From the human T2T-CHM13v2.0 reference genome, Homo sapiens, in the NCBI RefSeq assembly GCF_009914755.1, contig NC_060926.1: DNA of 64,000 nt; one strand, given 5' to 3'. Below the pieces are notes generated by a model, which was not told the origin of the DNA, searched no databases, and was given only the letters and a program-made list of their open reading frames with translations. This document shows positions 1-14,750 of the stretch, in pieces. The position numbers were made by a program, and so were the translations under genes. Each line of letters begins with the position of its first letter. The first letter of the stretch is position 1.

Positions 1-227
1 GGAGTATCTGAGTTGGATATTTGCCACCTGCACCATTAGGCAAGAAACATGTAAGCTGTCCAACAAACACACCTTTTCCTTTCTCTTATGTCTGTTGCAG
101 AAATGGATTTTTTAAGGATGGGTACAAATTATATCTTAAATATACCAAGGTAAGGGACCAGGAAGGGACACTCAGTATCTACCACCCTGCAAACACCGTT
201 TTAGGTACTTGTCTTAAGGGCTGAATG

Positions 228-396
228 CAGGCTTGGCTGTAAAATTTGCAGGGCCCAGTGCAATGTGACAAACAGAGCTCTTCAGTAATTACTATGGATT
301 TCAAAACAGGAATAGTAGAGCATTAAACCACATTGGGCCCTTCTGAGCACTAACCCCTGTGGCAGCACAGGCTGCAGGCCCATAGAGCTGGCTCTG
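228..396 (-). mobile_element. MER45A-like hAT-Tip100 DNA transposon fossil
   Basis: Reverse complement follows remembered MER45A consensus (aaatttgcagggcccagtgcaa...agagcattaaacca...gggcccttctgagc...gcacagg...gagctggctctg), with CAG...CTG termini. Confidence 0.7.
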
Positions 397-424
397 GCTT
401 ACCTACAAGGACATAGTTAACTTT

Positions 425-530
425 TTTTATGGACTCAGAGAAGATAAGTAACTTGACCATCGTTGCCCAGTAAATGAACCATGTAGCCAAGATTCAAACT
501 TAGAAATTCAAACTCCAGAGTCCTTGTTGT
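425..530. mobile_element. MIR SINE core fragment
   Basis: ggactcagagaagataagtaacttg...agccaagattcaaact...actccagagtcc resembles the MIR core. Confidence 0.55.
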
Positions 531-570
531 TCTCTCAAATTCTGTGTGATGAATATTTTTCATAAATGGC

Positions 571-650
571 ATTAGTTGTAACTGTATGAAATTTCCATTT
601 TTGAAGATGAAAATGGTAGATTATTGGCAATTTCATATGGTTCCATTTAA
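571..650. mobile_element. MADE2-like mariner MITE (~80 bp)
   Basis: Imperfect terminal inverted repeats attagttgtaactgtatgaaattt / gcaatttcatatggttccatttaa. Confidence 0.6.
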
Positions 651-1641
651 CACAGTCCCTTTGATCACACTCCTCTCTGTGTGTGGGTCAGTTCAGCTTA
701 CTTAGAGTGAGGCCGACGAGGCTGCTGGCTGCATCATTCCGCCTGCACTGGCATGGGGCTGACCACAGCCTCTCAGCCATGTGCTGGAACTGTGTGTGAC
801 TGTTGGAGGTCTCTATCCCTGTCATGTGCAAGGTGGCCTGTGCCGATTTGCCCCCTTGGGGCTCAGTGGAAGGCTGGGCAGGGACCAACACTGCTGCTTT
901 TGGGTAGGACATGGCTGTCTGTGGCTGAGGGTCTGGTGTATAGAAAGTGCTCAGGAAATGTTGTTGGATGTTTCAAATCAGTGATTTAAAGGCTCAAGAA
1001 CAGAATATGCACTGCTGAAATACAGGTAAATCAGTCATCTAGAGATTATGGAAAGCAGTCTGGCCGTATGTACCGCAGGTCTTAAAGTCTTACTGAGCTT
1101 CTGTCTCGTCGTCACCATCCTGAGAAGTTAATCTAAAATGAGGACAAAGTTTTAAGACTATCTGTGTGTTTTCAGTTCTTATTGATAATAGTGAAAATGG
1201 AGGACAAACTCGATGTGCATTAATAGGTGAACCACAAAGGAAATTAGGGCACATTCATTTGATGGAACATCTTGGAACTTACATTGGATGATGACCACTG
1301 GTTGTTTTATAAGATGGAAAAGCACTTACATTATGTAATGTTTTCAGGAAAAAGCAGAATGGGATAAGTATGTGAAAAATTAAGTAGCATTATTATATGT
1401 AACAACTCAGTCTTGAAAACTTATGAAATAGATTGAAGACAACTTATTAAAGATCAACATTAATATTGACTTGGCCTGGGATTGCGAGCAATTTTCTTTT
1501 ACTTTTAGATTTTCTGATGTTCTAAATCATTCAACGAGGGTGAATGGCTCATGTCATTCGCATAGGGAAAGAAGTGGACTTCGTGGGCCCCTCTCTCCCT
1601 GAACCTGCTCTGGCCCTGCATTGCTGTCCTGGGTCCTGGGG

Positions 1642-1753
1642 CCTCCTCGTCTCTCTTGGCGGATTCTCTGTGTGCCCTGTGTGCACCCGCTGCTCATCCT
1701 CCTCGTCTCTCTTGGCGGATTCTCTGTGTGCCCTGTGTGCACCCGCTGCTCAT
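1642..1753. repeat. Perfect tandem duplication, 2 x 56 bp
   Basis: cctcctcgtctctcttggcggattctctgtgtgccctgtgtgcacccgctgctcat at 1642-1697 and 1698-1753. Confidence 0.95.
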
Positions 1754-4700
1754 CTGACCCCTGAGTTCCTGAGGCCTGGATCATGGGCAGTGGCCTCTCC
1801 CCCTGGGCCCTGGAACTTGACCCCATCTGTCCAGGCTGACCATAGGGCCAAGCGTCCCTGAGCCACAGCGTCAGTGACTCCGGACTCTGGCCATCCTTGT
1901 CCAAGATTTTCTTTGGATCTAGCCAACTTTTGATTATGACCATGCAGCAAGTCTTCACACCACAGCCTGGCCCCATCAAATGTCATCCAATCCAACCCAG
2001 CAGCTCCCTTCTGCGCGGATGGGGAGAGATGTAGCAGGAGTGCCCTGGCAGAGAACAGGCTTTGGGAGAAAACTGCTGACTTAAGGAGAAGATGGATGAG
2101 CTCGGATGGGACGTTGAGCTTGGTATGGTTTTGAAACAGAAAGAAAAGCTGCATCATCAGATTTTAATGACATCAATAGGAGGCCACAGGGACTGGGGAG
2201 GATGTTGGGCTCGCCAGTTGAATGGCCTCGGGGAGCTAATGAACTGCTCCTATACCCAGGCATTGCATCTTTAAGAGCTGGCCACAATTCTTAATTTGCA
2301 GAGCTTTTGTGATGAATAGAAATGGCATTGGTGAGAGATGAGCTAGTGGTCTTCCAGATGAACTGGTAGTTATCCCATGGCTGGCTCCCAGGGCCTCTGC
2401 AGGCACCTGTGCTGATACACTAGCCCTTGAGGCCATCAACACCTAGGAACAGTGCATTTCTTACTTATTGGGTCTGTAATTCCTATTGCAAAGTGCACAG
2501 CCTTTCAAACCAGTTAGGCAATCCCTGCCCCTCCCAACTCCTTGATGAATAAAACACATGTCCCGGCTTATCTGTCTCAATGCATATCTATTGCCCCAGC
2601 AGAGTTATTAATAGCACCTCGTAGTTATTATTAGTGCTCCAGTTTGGATAATAAGTTATATGAGTTACTTGGCCACCCTACCTATAAATGCATGAGGCCA
2701 TAGAGAGCAAGGACCCCCTTCTGGAGTGCAGCCAAGGTGGAACACACCCATCCCTGCAACAAGCAAAGCTCACTTTGGGATGGAGGGAGGCTGGGCTGTG
2801 GGCACCTGGCCAACCTGGGCCTCTGCCTTCCTGCTGGATGGTTCTCTGAGGGCTATCCACATCTCACCTTGCCCCTTGCTAACAGTTGGCCCCATGAGCA
2901 GAATGTGGTGGGACCCTGGAGGTGGGAGAGACCCCTCCGGGTGTTCTGGTTGCGTGGGATGGTTGAAATGCAGTGGTCAGTGAGGGGGCTGGAAGGGAGG
3001 CTATATTTGCAGTCAGCTGCAGCCCTAGAGGGTCTACTGTGAAAGGAAATGTGGATGCGTCAGGCTGTCCACGCCCTGTGTTGTCCCCCAGCTCTGGCCT
3101 GGTGGCCTGTGCAATGTGGGGCAGCCTCGCTGGTCCTGCAAGGCTGGTCTGTGTTCTGTCAGGGGAGGGAGACACTGTGCGGGCTCAAGTTTCCACTCCA
3201 GACAGAAAGAAGCAGGAGCAAAAAAAGGTATCTGTCATTTGATGGGGCTCCCTCAGGCAGAGCCATTTATAGTTGTTAGAAAAGGGGATGGAAGAGATGG
3301 AAAGGCTGCCAAATTTTCCACCATGGAAGAGACACAGGGAAGGGGCTGGCCCAATCTGAGAGCCAATAAAGAAGTGACAGGCAGAGCAACTGTGGGAGGT
3401 GAAAGCGGGGAGCGATGGTGAGGCCTGGGGAGAGGGTTGTGCAGTGGGCTTTAGCTCTGGTCCCTGTGTGCACCTCATAAAAAGACCCAGGGGACAAGGC
3501 CAAAAAAGTGTGCCCACGGCAGCATGGACTCTGGGCAAGGACACTCTCAGCCCTTCAGCACATTTTGCAAGGGCTTCTGTGCCCTGAGCTGAGACCCTTT
3601 GAAATAAAGAAGATGGGAGCGAGGCTTGGTCCCCGTCCTGCACGTCCACGCCAGGGCCATCGCTGTCCCTGTGCTCTAGTGCCTGTGTGCTGGAAAGACG
3701 GAGGTCTGTGGCTCACATGCACTAGCTGACAGTGGCAGCTGAATGACATCTCCTTCATGCTTCTAGACTATTAGACATCCAGAAAACTTCATTTTGTTTG
3801 TGCTCCTGACAGGACACCTGTGATCAATGAGCTGGAGTGAGGCTGTGCCAACCGCCAGCTTCCCTGGTGACTGTTGGGGCAGGAGGCTTCTCAGTGAGGC
3901 AGGAGGCCTGGTTGCAAGGGGTGCAGAGCACACCCCCAGCCAGGCTCTCCAGGGGGAGTTTCTGCTTTAAGTCCATGTTGTCTGAGTTGTCCTCACTCCT
4001 GGGGCGACAAACATGCTCAGTGCTGGTGAGTGCGCAGAAAGAGCGTGCCATGGTTCTAGCTCCTGGAGGGATGAGTCATAGTAAAATGAGAAAATAGAGG
4101 TGAGTGGGCATGGTACTGTGGCACAGGGGGTGGGGCCTCAGGATGGCTGGACATAGTGCAGCGTGCACAGGTGACATTGTCTGCTCTCCACTGTATGTGT
4201 TCTTGGTCCCCCAGCAGAGTCCCCCAGAAGTCCCTTTCAGAACTGGGCTCCTGGAACATGCCTTCTAAACATCATTTCCTTCTCCTCACAAGAAGTGCCA
4301 TCGTAGTCATGCTCTTGCTTAAAAGAATGTCTCTCCAGCTCAGGCTGAGCACGTGAGACCTGACTGCTTCACAGGGGAAGCCCCAGGGACTGGCTTCCTG
4401 GGAACAGCAGGGCGTTTGCAAACGTGCAGTGTCTACCAAGGGGTCTTGGCATCACTATACCCACCTGAAGAGCCCATCCTGACGACATTCCGTCCCCTCA
4501 GACCTGGCATTTGCAGGTCCATTTGGGGCACTGGCATCCTCCAGGCATCAGTGCCATTAACTCAGACCAGCCTCTCTCCACAGGCCACCTGTGTAACCAC
4601 TTACCTTCTTCCTGAAACACCTCCCATCCATTCCCACCACAGTCGGTGATGCCGGCACCACTGGCTTCTAGAGGCACTTCTGTTCCCATCCACTCTCCAC

Positions 4701-6769
4701 GTGGCTTCTAGAAAATGGACATGTGACCTTTTCAATGCCTAGTTAAGACTCTCCCTGGGCTCACCTGGCTTGCAGGATCAGCTCCCAGCTCCTGCGAGTT
4801 CCCTGTCCCGTACCTCCGGTTTCTAGCCCTGTGTCGGGGGCCTGTGCCAGGAGGGCTCAGTGAATGTTTTCTGTGTGCACCAGTAGCTGAGCGGGGTCTG
4901 TGGGCACTCTAAATGCATGTCTGTTGATGTAAACACTCATAGCCTTCCTGTGGCCTCCATGCCGACATTTCTCCTGTTTAGATTAATGGAGACTGTGCCT
5001 CTGTGCCTGTGACCGCCTCTCCCCTGCAGAGTCAGCTCCTATGGAGCAAAAAAAGAGCTTCATTCTTTGCAGACAAGCAAGAGGACACTCTGCTAATAGG
5101 CTCTGGAAGAAAACATGGCCAAGTCTCAGGGCACGAGATGGATGAGGCTTGGCTGTCCTGTAGAACCTTTGGAATGGCCTCGTTGCCGGCTGAGTTGGTG
5201 TCACATCAGCAGCTGCTCTTCAGGCCCAGGAGACAGAGCGTGGGGGCACAGGATGGGGGTGCAGGGATGGTCCTTGGTCCACAGACTTGCTCCAGGCTCC
5301 TGTGCTTGGGTCTCTCCTCCGTGCTCCATGTACTTCCTGCATCGGGGCTCCCTCCACCACCTCCTCCCCTCCGTCTTTTTCATAAATCCAGCTCAGGCCT
5401 CTGTCCTCTTGGATGCCCTGGCCTTTTCACAAGAGGGGTCGCTCCCTCCTGTGAGTGCCCATAGCCCATAGTCTGTGCTTGGTTTTGGCAGGAGCAGAGC
5501 ATTTACTCTTCCTCCCCACCTCCCTCCTCCCTCCCTCCCTCCGTCCCTTCTGCAAGCTGAGCACCTACTCTGTGTTAGACACTGGAAGTACAGAAGTGAG
5601 GATGTGCACCTGCCACCGCTAACCAAGAACTGTGGGAACACAGAGGTGGGGTCCCCACCTACGCCTACAGCACGGGAATGCCAGGAAGGCTGTGTGGAGG
5701 AGCAGAGGTCTGAGCTGCATATCTTACATGAACAAAGGGCAATGAGTCACCAAGGCATTGGGGTCCATGAGCAACACATGCTCTGAGATGCAAACACACC
5801 TGGCTCGGTGTGGCAAGGCCAAGCTGAGGGAAGAATCTGCAGGGGCCCGAGCATGTGGACTGGGCCCCGGTGTCCCTGAACGCCCTGATGAGCATCGCGT
5901 CTCACACTTAAACGTCTCTCACAGCACCGTGCACATTGCGGATGTACCATAAATACCTCTGGGGGGACAGGAAGTCACGTTCTGGCTCGGGAGGGCTGAG
6001 TCCACATTCTCGAGGTGGAATTGTGTAGTTATGAGGCACGTTTCACACTGTTTAAAATAACTTGTATATTAAACAAGTCGTACTTCACATTGCAGGAGTC
6101 AGACAATAAGAGAATATAAAAACCAACTATAATCCTACAACTTCCAAATCATTGACTAAAAAATATGCATGAATTGGAGGTAAAGAGTAGCAATCCATTG
6201 TTTCTTTAACCAGGATTCCCTTGACTATTAGGGAGTGGAAGCCGTCTCATTGTTTTCTATGCCACATAGAAATTTCTTCTTTTATAAGCTAAGCATTTGC
6301 TTCTTGTCTTTTTCTTATTGATTTGCAGAAAGTCTGTACATTGGGCAATATTAACAATTATGTGAACACAGCAAATATTTCCCTAAATGATGTTTGTCTT
6401 TTAACTTTATAATTTTGCATTTGGCTACTCAAATGTATTTACTCTCAATGCAGTTGAATCTGTCATTCTTTATGATTTTGTCTTTGGTATCAGGTTTAAA
6501 AATATATCTCAGCCTCGCAGAATTGCCTATGTATCTGTTAAGTCATTCTGTGGCTCTGTTTTTACATTTAATTATTTAGTGCCTCTGTAATTTGTTTAAT
6601 ACATGCTAAAAGGGTGAGATCTAATCTAATTTATTTGCTAAGTCAATTGTTTAGATAAGGCAGTACCTTTTCCCCCTCAATATTGTACTGTTTCTTATTT
6701 TTTTTCTCCTGCTTTGTTCACGGGTGAGATTTAGAACTATTTTATTGAGTTCTGAAACTCCTCGTTGCT

Positions 6770-7195
6770 AATTGCCTAATTTCCATTCTCTTTTTCTAGA
6801 CTCCCTCATGGCATAGATGGACATGTTGACTCAGTTCTTACCAATGAGATAAAGTGAAATTTTTCCCACTAGGCTACCAGAAAAAACTTTGTTTTCTGAT
6901 AAAAAAGGGACATATTTATCCGGTGTGCACCTTTTCCCCTTCTGTCCTGCCTGGAATGTGGCTGAGATGTCTGGAGCAGCAGCAGCTACCTTGTGCATGT
7001 GGAACAGCTGATGTAACAGGATACAGAAAGACAACAAAAATATATGGGAACATAGGGTTCCCTTTGGCATCATATGGTGTTCGTACCAGTCCTTTATTGT
7101 CTAACTTCAAACTTTCCACTAAAAGAAAAAATAAATGCTTTTTTGTTAAGTTACTATAGTTAGATTTCTCTTATGTTCAGCCAGACTCAATCTTA
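6770..7195 (+). mobile_element. Old MLT1-type (ERVL-MaLR) LTR
   Basis: gactcagttcttaccaatgagataaagtgaa, cctgcctggaatgtgg...atgtctggagcagcagcagctaccttg, and a 3' aataaa...tgttaagttactatagttagatttctc...cagcc typical of MLT1J/K-type LTRs. Confidence 0.55.
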
Positions 7196-9542
7196 GTAGT
7201 TCAAATTCTTTTTGCACTTTTAATTGGATTTGTTTTACATTAACGGGTGAATTGGAAGGGGTGTGGGTCCATTCCAGTATCACAGCTTTCCATCCAGCCT
7301 CCGCATGCATGTTACCGAATTCCACTTCAGTCACCTTGCTGTTGCCATCAGACCACTCCCATGGGGAACACCATTCCTGTCCTTGCGGCCAATCTGGGTC
7401 CTGGCCTCCTGCCTCTTCCAGAGCCTTTGAGAAATATTCCCACTAGGGGCTCCACTTTTCTCCTGTGGGTGGTTCCCCTTGCTCTGGTGCTCTCCTGTGG
7501 CTGGGGGCAGGAGAGGGACTGGCTTTAAGAAAAAACAGACCCTACCAGCTCACCAGGGTAACAATCTCACTATTTGAAAGCCACACCTTAAACACAGGGA
7601 AAGGGAGCTGGTGCTGTTTTGAGTATCTGGAGTGTCCCAGGCTGTACTAGAGCCAGGCTCTTGGTTTCCTTAGGGCTACTCCCAAAGATTGGCTTCTCTC
7701 TCTTTTCCAGAACTACACTTCCCCACCCTGCTGACCCAGGGCACAGCTGAGAGTTTGCTGTGGTCAGGAGGAGAGTGTGAGTTGGAGACCATGCTCCCTG
7801 CTCCGGGGCGCTCTTTTCCCATCTGCCTCTGCAGCCACATTCCTAGGGTGACAGCCACTCTGCCTGCCTGGGGCCTGGGAGGAGGGCGCCTGCCACAGGA
7901 TCCCCAGTGGACTGCAGAGGACGTGAGAGCGTGAATGAGTGAGTGGCTGGCTATGCCTCCTGCAGCTTATCTTGCCTGATGTGGGTACCTCATCTCATTT
8001 AGCTCTCAGAAGAGCCTCTGACACAGATTTAACAATTTCCAGTTCATCAGCAAGAACATCAAAGCTACGCGGGAAGCTTAAGCACTGACATCCAGGAAAT
8101 ACCCCCAGACCAGGGCTTTAAACAGAAGGTGCCTGACTAGAAGGCCGGGCTTGTTCCCTTGAAGCTATCTGCTCTTAGTTCACCCCTTGGTCTTCTCTCT
8201 AAAATTTCAGGTGCTCCCATGCCATTTCCAAATGAGACATAGATATCCTGCTTCCTTTCCATTGTCCTCAGTGCCACTACACAGGGACCACAACAGGAGA
8301 TAGGGAATGCTGGCAGCAGTTCCCAGGAGGCCGGCTCTGCTCAGTTCAGCAAGTCTATATTGAATGCCACTCTGTGCCTGGTACACTAGCTCTGGGCACA
8401 CGGAGATGGGGGTAGGGACCTTGCCCTGAGCTCCCCACAATAGCTGGACCCAAGGCCTGGGCACTTAGACCAGGCTGCCAGGGCTCTGTGGCCCCTTTGG
8501 TGCCATGTCAGAGGGGTAGAAAGGGATTTTGCATGTGGGTCCCAGCTGTGCTGTCAGGAAGGGTTGTTTGCAGCAGACATAAGGTTGTATCTCCTTGCTC
8601 TAGGCACATTCCCTCTGGCTCCTTGTGGGGCCATGCAGGTTCAGTTGACTCCTTCTCCATCATAGAGCCTCACCTGATTCCAGGGCTCCTGCTTGACTGT
8701 GGTGATGAGTCTGGATGTCTGGGCCTTAGTTGGGAGATGGATGTGGGCCAGGGTCCTTGCAGCATCATTTGAGAAAGCATCAGTCTCAGGTATGTGAGGA
8801 AGGACGTGGCCCTGGTGAATGGGCCAGCATGAAACCATGGTGGATCGGTGCCTGTCATCCTCAAGTTTGGGGACCACCCAGTGTCTGGGGACCCTGGCGC
8901 TCTTGATAAATCCTTTGTGAACACACAGTAAAACTGATGAGGCCATTTCCAGCTCTGGCTATCATCAACACGTCTTTCAATTGTTGGGATGACTTGTTTT
9001 ACTACCAAAGAGCACCTCAAGAAAAGAGTCCTCCCTTGGTGGCATCTCTTGGGACTTTGGTGGGTAAGTGACCATTGGGGTCAATGGTACATTGGTGTGA
9101 GTGAGTGTGTGTGGAGATAAGTGGGTGGGTGCACACATATCCCCTTAATCTGTGTGAGCCTGTTTCTGAGTATGTACACAGACAGGTCCACATCTGTGTC
9201 TCTGTTCTATTCATGTAGATATAATAGTTGTGTCTTCCATCCCCTGCAGGCCACTGTGACACAGGCATGGGAAGGCTTCCTAGGCACCCTGGGCGGGTGC
9301 ATGGAAGGTAGTGCCCTGGGCGTGTGCCCTGGGTGGATGCATGGAAGGTAGTGACTTCATGCCACTGACTTTCAAGGGCCCCTTCCAAGGTGCTGCAGAG
9401 GCCATAGCAATGTGTTCCCATGGCCCAAGTGTTTACTGACAGGTTCTAAAGCAAGATATTTCTGCTGTACTCCCCGAAGACCTCTGTCTTAGAGGAAAAT
9501 GCAGCTGAAGGGTGTGTTTGTGCTCCTTTACATGAAGACATG

Positions 9543-9690
9543 CCTGGATGCCTTCCGATTCCTCCATTCGACCAGCACGAGTGAAGAACAGCAGAGGCAC
9601 TGAGGCAGAGACAAGCCCTGGATGCCTTCCGATTCCTCCGTTCAGCCAGCACGAGTGAAGAAGAGCGGAGACACTGAGGCAGAGACAAGC
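9543..9690. repeat. Tandem duplication, 2 x 74 bp (slightly diverged)
   Basis: cctggatgccttccgattcctcc...ccagcacgagtgaagaa...cactgaggcagagacaagc at 9543-9616 and 9617-9690. Confidence 0.9.
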
Positions 9691-10852
9691 TGTCCTTGGG
9701 GTTCTCCACTGGGGGGAGACCAGGCATGGAGGGGACCCATACGTCTCCATTCCCAGTCAAGCGCTCCAGACCTCCAGGACCTCGATGAGGCTGTTAAGGA
9801 AACACATTAAACACTGCGCTTCTGAAGCCGCCTGGGGTGATTAAAACCCGAGCTGTGATTAAAGGAGGTTGGATGTGAATTTTGTAGCTCTCACCACTTT
9901 CCCTTTCATCTTCCTCGCTCGTCTTTGGCACTTTCCAATCACACTGCATCTGTTCTGCTGTGGTGCTAGAATCTGCCTTCTTTGGGAGAGCCCTGCTGAT
10001 CGCTGTCTGTGGTGGGGCTGGGCCTTGGACTCTGGAGGAGCAGAGGAGGGGAAAGGACAGGGCGGCCCTAGGCTCACCTGGGAAGGCACAGCTGCCCTGG
10101 GAAGGCACAGGCTGCGACCCTCTGAGGCAGAGGAGCTGGGGCTTTGGAGGACTGTGAGCCTGAGAGGAGCCTGGCACTGGTGAGGCTGTGAGTCCCTTTG
10201 CAGATGTACACACTCCCTGCCTCTGAGAAGCACCAAGGGCAGAGAGCCTGGGCCTGACTGCCAGTACCCAGACCTGCCCTTGCCAGAGCCAAAGAGTGTG
10301 ATGGGATGATCAGTACTGCTAAGGAAAAGTGAGACGGGGTAGAAGGGACACAGAGGTGTGTGTGTGCACGTTGGTATTTTATACCAGGAATACAGCCTCC
10401 AATAAGGTAAAATTTATTAGCATCTAGAAGGAAGAGATGGAGGAGGCAGCCATGGGGGCGCTTAGGACACTGGCAGTGAGAGAACAGAGAGGGCAACAGC
10501 ACCCTGGGTCATGGGGGCAAGTTCAGCATGTTCCAGGTGGCAGGGCCTGAGCAGGACATGCAGTGGGAGGGTGACGGGCAGGGTTGGAAGCGGATCAGGC
10601 CTGAGAAAGCTGGGCCTGTGGGGAGTGTGGCCTCTGGCTGCCCAAGGAACCCTCGCCAGTGGCCAGGGGCCTGGCTCTGCTGTGTATTCCCTGCACTCCT
10701 TAAGGAGCAGGCAGGTCACACGAATCACCTGCTATGTGTTCCCTGTGAGTCTCAGAGGTCACTACTGAAACTATCAATTTGTAGACAAGGAAAGGGAGAT
10801 TCAGCAAGTTCAAATGGGTAGTTCCAGCACACACAAGAAGAAGGGGTGGAGA

Positions 10853-10995
10853 CCTGAGTCACACCTGTCCCCCTCTCCACACTGCTCACCAGGACTCTCT
10901 TTGCAGTCCTGGGTCACACCTGTCCCCTTTCCATGCTGCCCACCAGGACTCTCTTTGCAGTCCTGGGTCACACCTGTCTCCCTCTCCACACTGCC
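10853..10995. repeat. Minisatellite, ~54-55 bp unit, ~2.6 copies
   Basis: gtcacacctgtc three times and caccaggactctctttgcagtcctggg twice. Confidence 0.85.
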
Positions 10996-12205
10996 TGTCA
11001 TGACCCCTCATTTCGTGTGGCCAAAGGCCTGCTCCTTGCTGAGCTGCTGCTCTCAGTAGAGGGCAACTTGCTGCTGTTGGTGCTCTGTGGAATCTCCATG
11101 CCATCTTTCCCAGGGAACCTGCCACCCAACATCTTTTCTGGAGCTAGGAAGAAGGGTCCAGCCCATTAGTCATAGGATCTCCGGCCTCAGGAATTTGGGG
11201 GGAAAGTCAGAGAGTTCTTTCTGCTGCCATGGGAAATCAGGGCCACGGTGGTCTCCCTTGATCTCCTTGGCCCAGCCTCCTATGAGGCAGGGTGGGGAGT
11301 TGTGGGTCTTGGAGAGAGCACGGCATGTTTATTTGATCCCCTTCCGGCAAGCGCCTGGTCCAGCAGGCCGACCCACCTCCAGGGCAGTGCACCCCTCCCA
11401 GGAGCACCCACTCCCCATGTCTCTCTTCTGTCCTCTCGTCCACACTGAAACAGGCACACGCTGGTTTCCCCTTGGAGGAGAAGTCCATGGTCACAGATTC
11501 CCAGTCTGGTCAATCACACCCTCTCCTGAGTGTTCTGGAAGAGGACAGTCTGCCCTCTGTGTTCAGCCTCTCAGCCCCCCCAGAGCATATACAGTGTTGT
11601 TGAGACCCCAGCTCCCCCACCATGGTTTCCACTCTCAAGGGCTGTTTCTGGGCACCTGTTCCCGAACCTGTTTCTCAGAATCACCTGCCTGAACAGCGTT
11701 CCAGAGACTTTCTTGTTTAGAGTGTTGTCACCAGTGTAACAAAGCACATGCCACATGAAATGAAATATACTGCTCACACTGAGTAATAAATGTTTATGAG
11801 CTTTTTTGTATCTCCCTAAAGAGTCAACAGAGGCTGAATGGACCACTGCTTTTCTTAAGTCAATGCCCAGTGTCTTCCCCGGGCCACGGGGGTTTTTGTG
11901 CTTTGTGCTGAAAGCTATTGCTGAGTCCTATTCAGGGTGGAGGCTCAGTCCTGGCCAGTGGCCTGGGCAGAAGTTGAGGTTCTTTAACTCCTCAGACGCC
12001 CTTGAGGAAGTTTTGGTTTCTGGAAGTCCCTTTCTGATTCATGGGAGCCTCACTGTCTGGGGCTGGGCTCCAGCTTGTGGCCTCCTTTTCCTTGGCGAAG
12101 GACACAGTCCCTCGCAGGCACCGTGGGTGGGGCGGGGGTTGGCGGGTGAAACTCAGCATCCTGTCTGAGGCACAGCATGGAGCCCATGGATAAGGGATAG
12201 GTCTA

Positions 12206-12522
<317 letters not shown>

Positions 12523-13798
12523 CTAATAGTCTCCGGATGTCTGCTGTCCCCGAGGGTTCCACAGGCACTGGGCTCAGAGAGATGGGGCAGTGAGCTCCCT
12601 GCCCCCACAGAGCCCTCAGGCTGAGCTGGGACACCACCGAGTAAACACACATATGCTTACTGGAGGGCCACTCAGGGCCAGGGCTGAGGGGTGTGAGGGG
12701 TTTGTGGAGACACAGAAGAGGGTGCCCAGCCCAGGCTTGGGCATTTCTCAGGAAGCAGCTATAACTGAGTGAGTTTGAGGTTGTGTAGGGGCAGCCAAGG
12801 TAGGGGCAGGCCGGGGAGAGTTGGGAGAACAGGATGTGCGGAGGCCGGAGCACACGGCAGTGCTGCTTAGGAAAGGCAGGCGCTTGGCACAGCCAGTCTC
12901 ACGTAGGGGAGGCAATGGTGTCCAGAGCTGCTGCTGAATGGAGCGGGATAAGGTACCTCAGTCCTCTTCTGCCTGTTGGCTTAGCCCGTGGATTCATGGA
13001 GGGGAGTCTGCAATGGCTCTTGGACTGGCTCACGAGGACCCAGAGCCTCATCCTGTGCAGACTGCACGGCCGCAGCAGCTCTCTGGGTGGCATCCCTTAG
13101 CTCAGGGCGCCGACCTTGCTGTTTCCACTGTGACTAGACTCTTACCTCCGCTCTAAGGCTGTGCAATCAATCACTCACACTCCAAGTCCAAACGGGGTTC
13201 TTATTCCCTTGCATTAGGGAGAGTCATGGTTAATGGGAGTCCTCATGTACATGGGCTTATCATGTTGTCAGGAGGATTGGGTGCCTTCTGCTGGACTTAG
13301 AAGATTATTAATCAGTGTCACAAATGGCTTCATGCTAAGGTGTATTCTTGGAATCAGGTGGGCTTCACGACAGAGGCGCTCTGCAACGTCTGAGGACACC
13401 ACTGAGATCCGGGTGACACTGCATCCTTTCCAGGGCAGCGTCCTCTCCAGGTGTGAGGCTGACACTGCTGAGCGTGGCTGTCACACACAAGCCTCGAGAT
13501 GTCCCATCAGACGGTGGCACGCATTTCTGCTGCACTTGTGGCTAAAACGGCTCTACTGGCAGTATTACTATCATATTTTTCAGTGGAAAGTAATTGAAGG
13601 AAGGGTCCATTTACAAGGCAAGATCAAAAGAGTTACTAAGAGCTGGCAAGGCATACAGGAAGCAGCAACGTGGGAAGCCACTCCAATCCCTGGGCCTCAA
13701 GAGGAGACTGCGTTCCCAAGGGGCCCTGAACAGCTACAGTGCGAGGTCCTGGGCACCGCGGCTGCAGAGGAGCACTGTCACGGGCAGTGGTAGTGTTA

Positions 13799-14750
<952 letters not shown>

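Noticed and set aside
9543-10995. Short repeated units that might suggest a CRISPR-like array
   Set aside because: Head-to-tail tandem copies without unique spacers, in primate DNA with no cas genes
11087-11692. 201-aa ORF, and similar 150-190-aa ORFs at 13233, 39286 and 41015
   Set aside because: No recognisable domain, composition typical of random GC-rich DNA, several with non-ATG starts and overlapping ORFs on both strands
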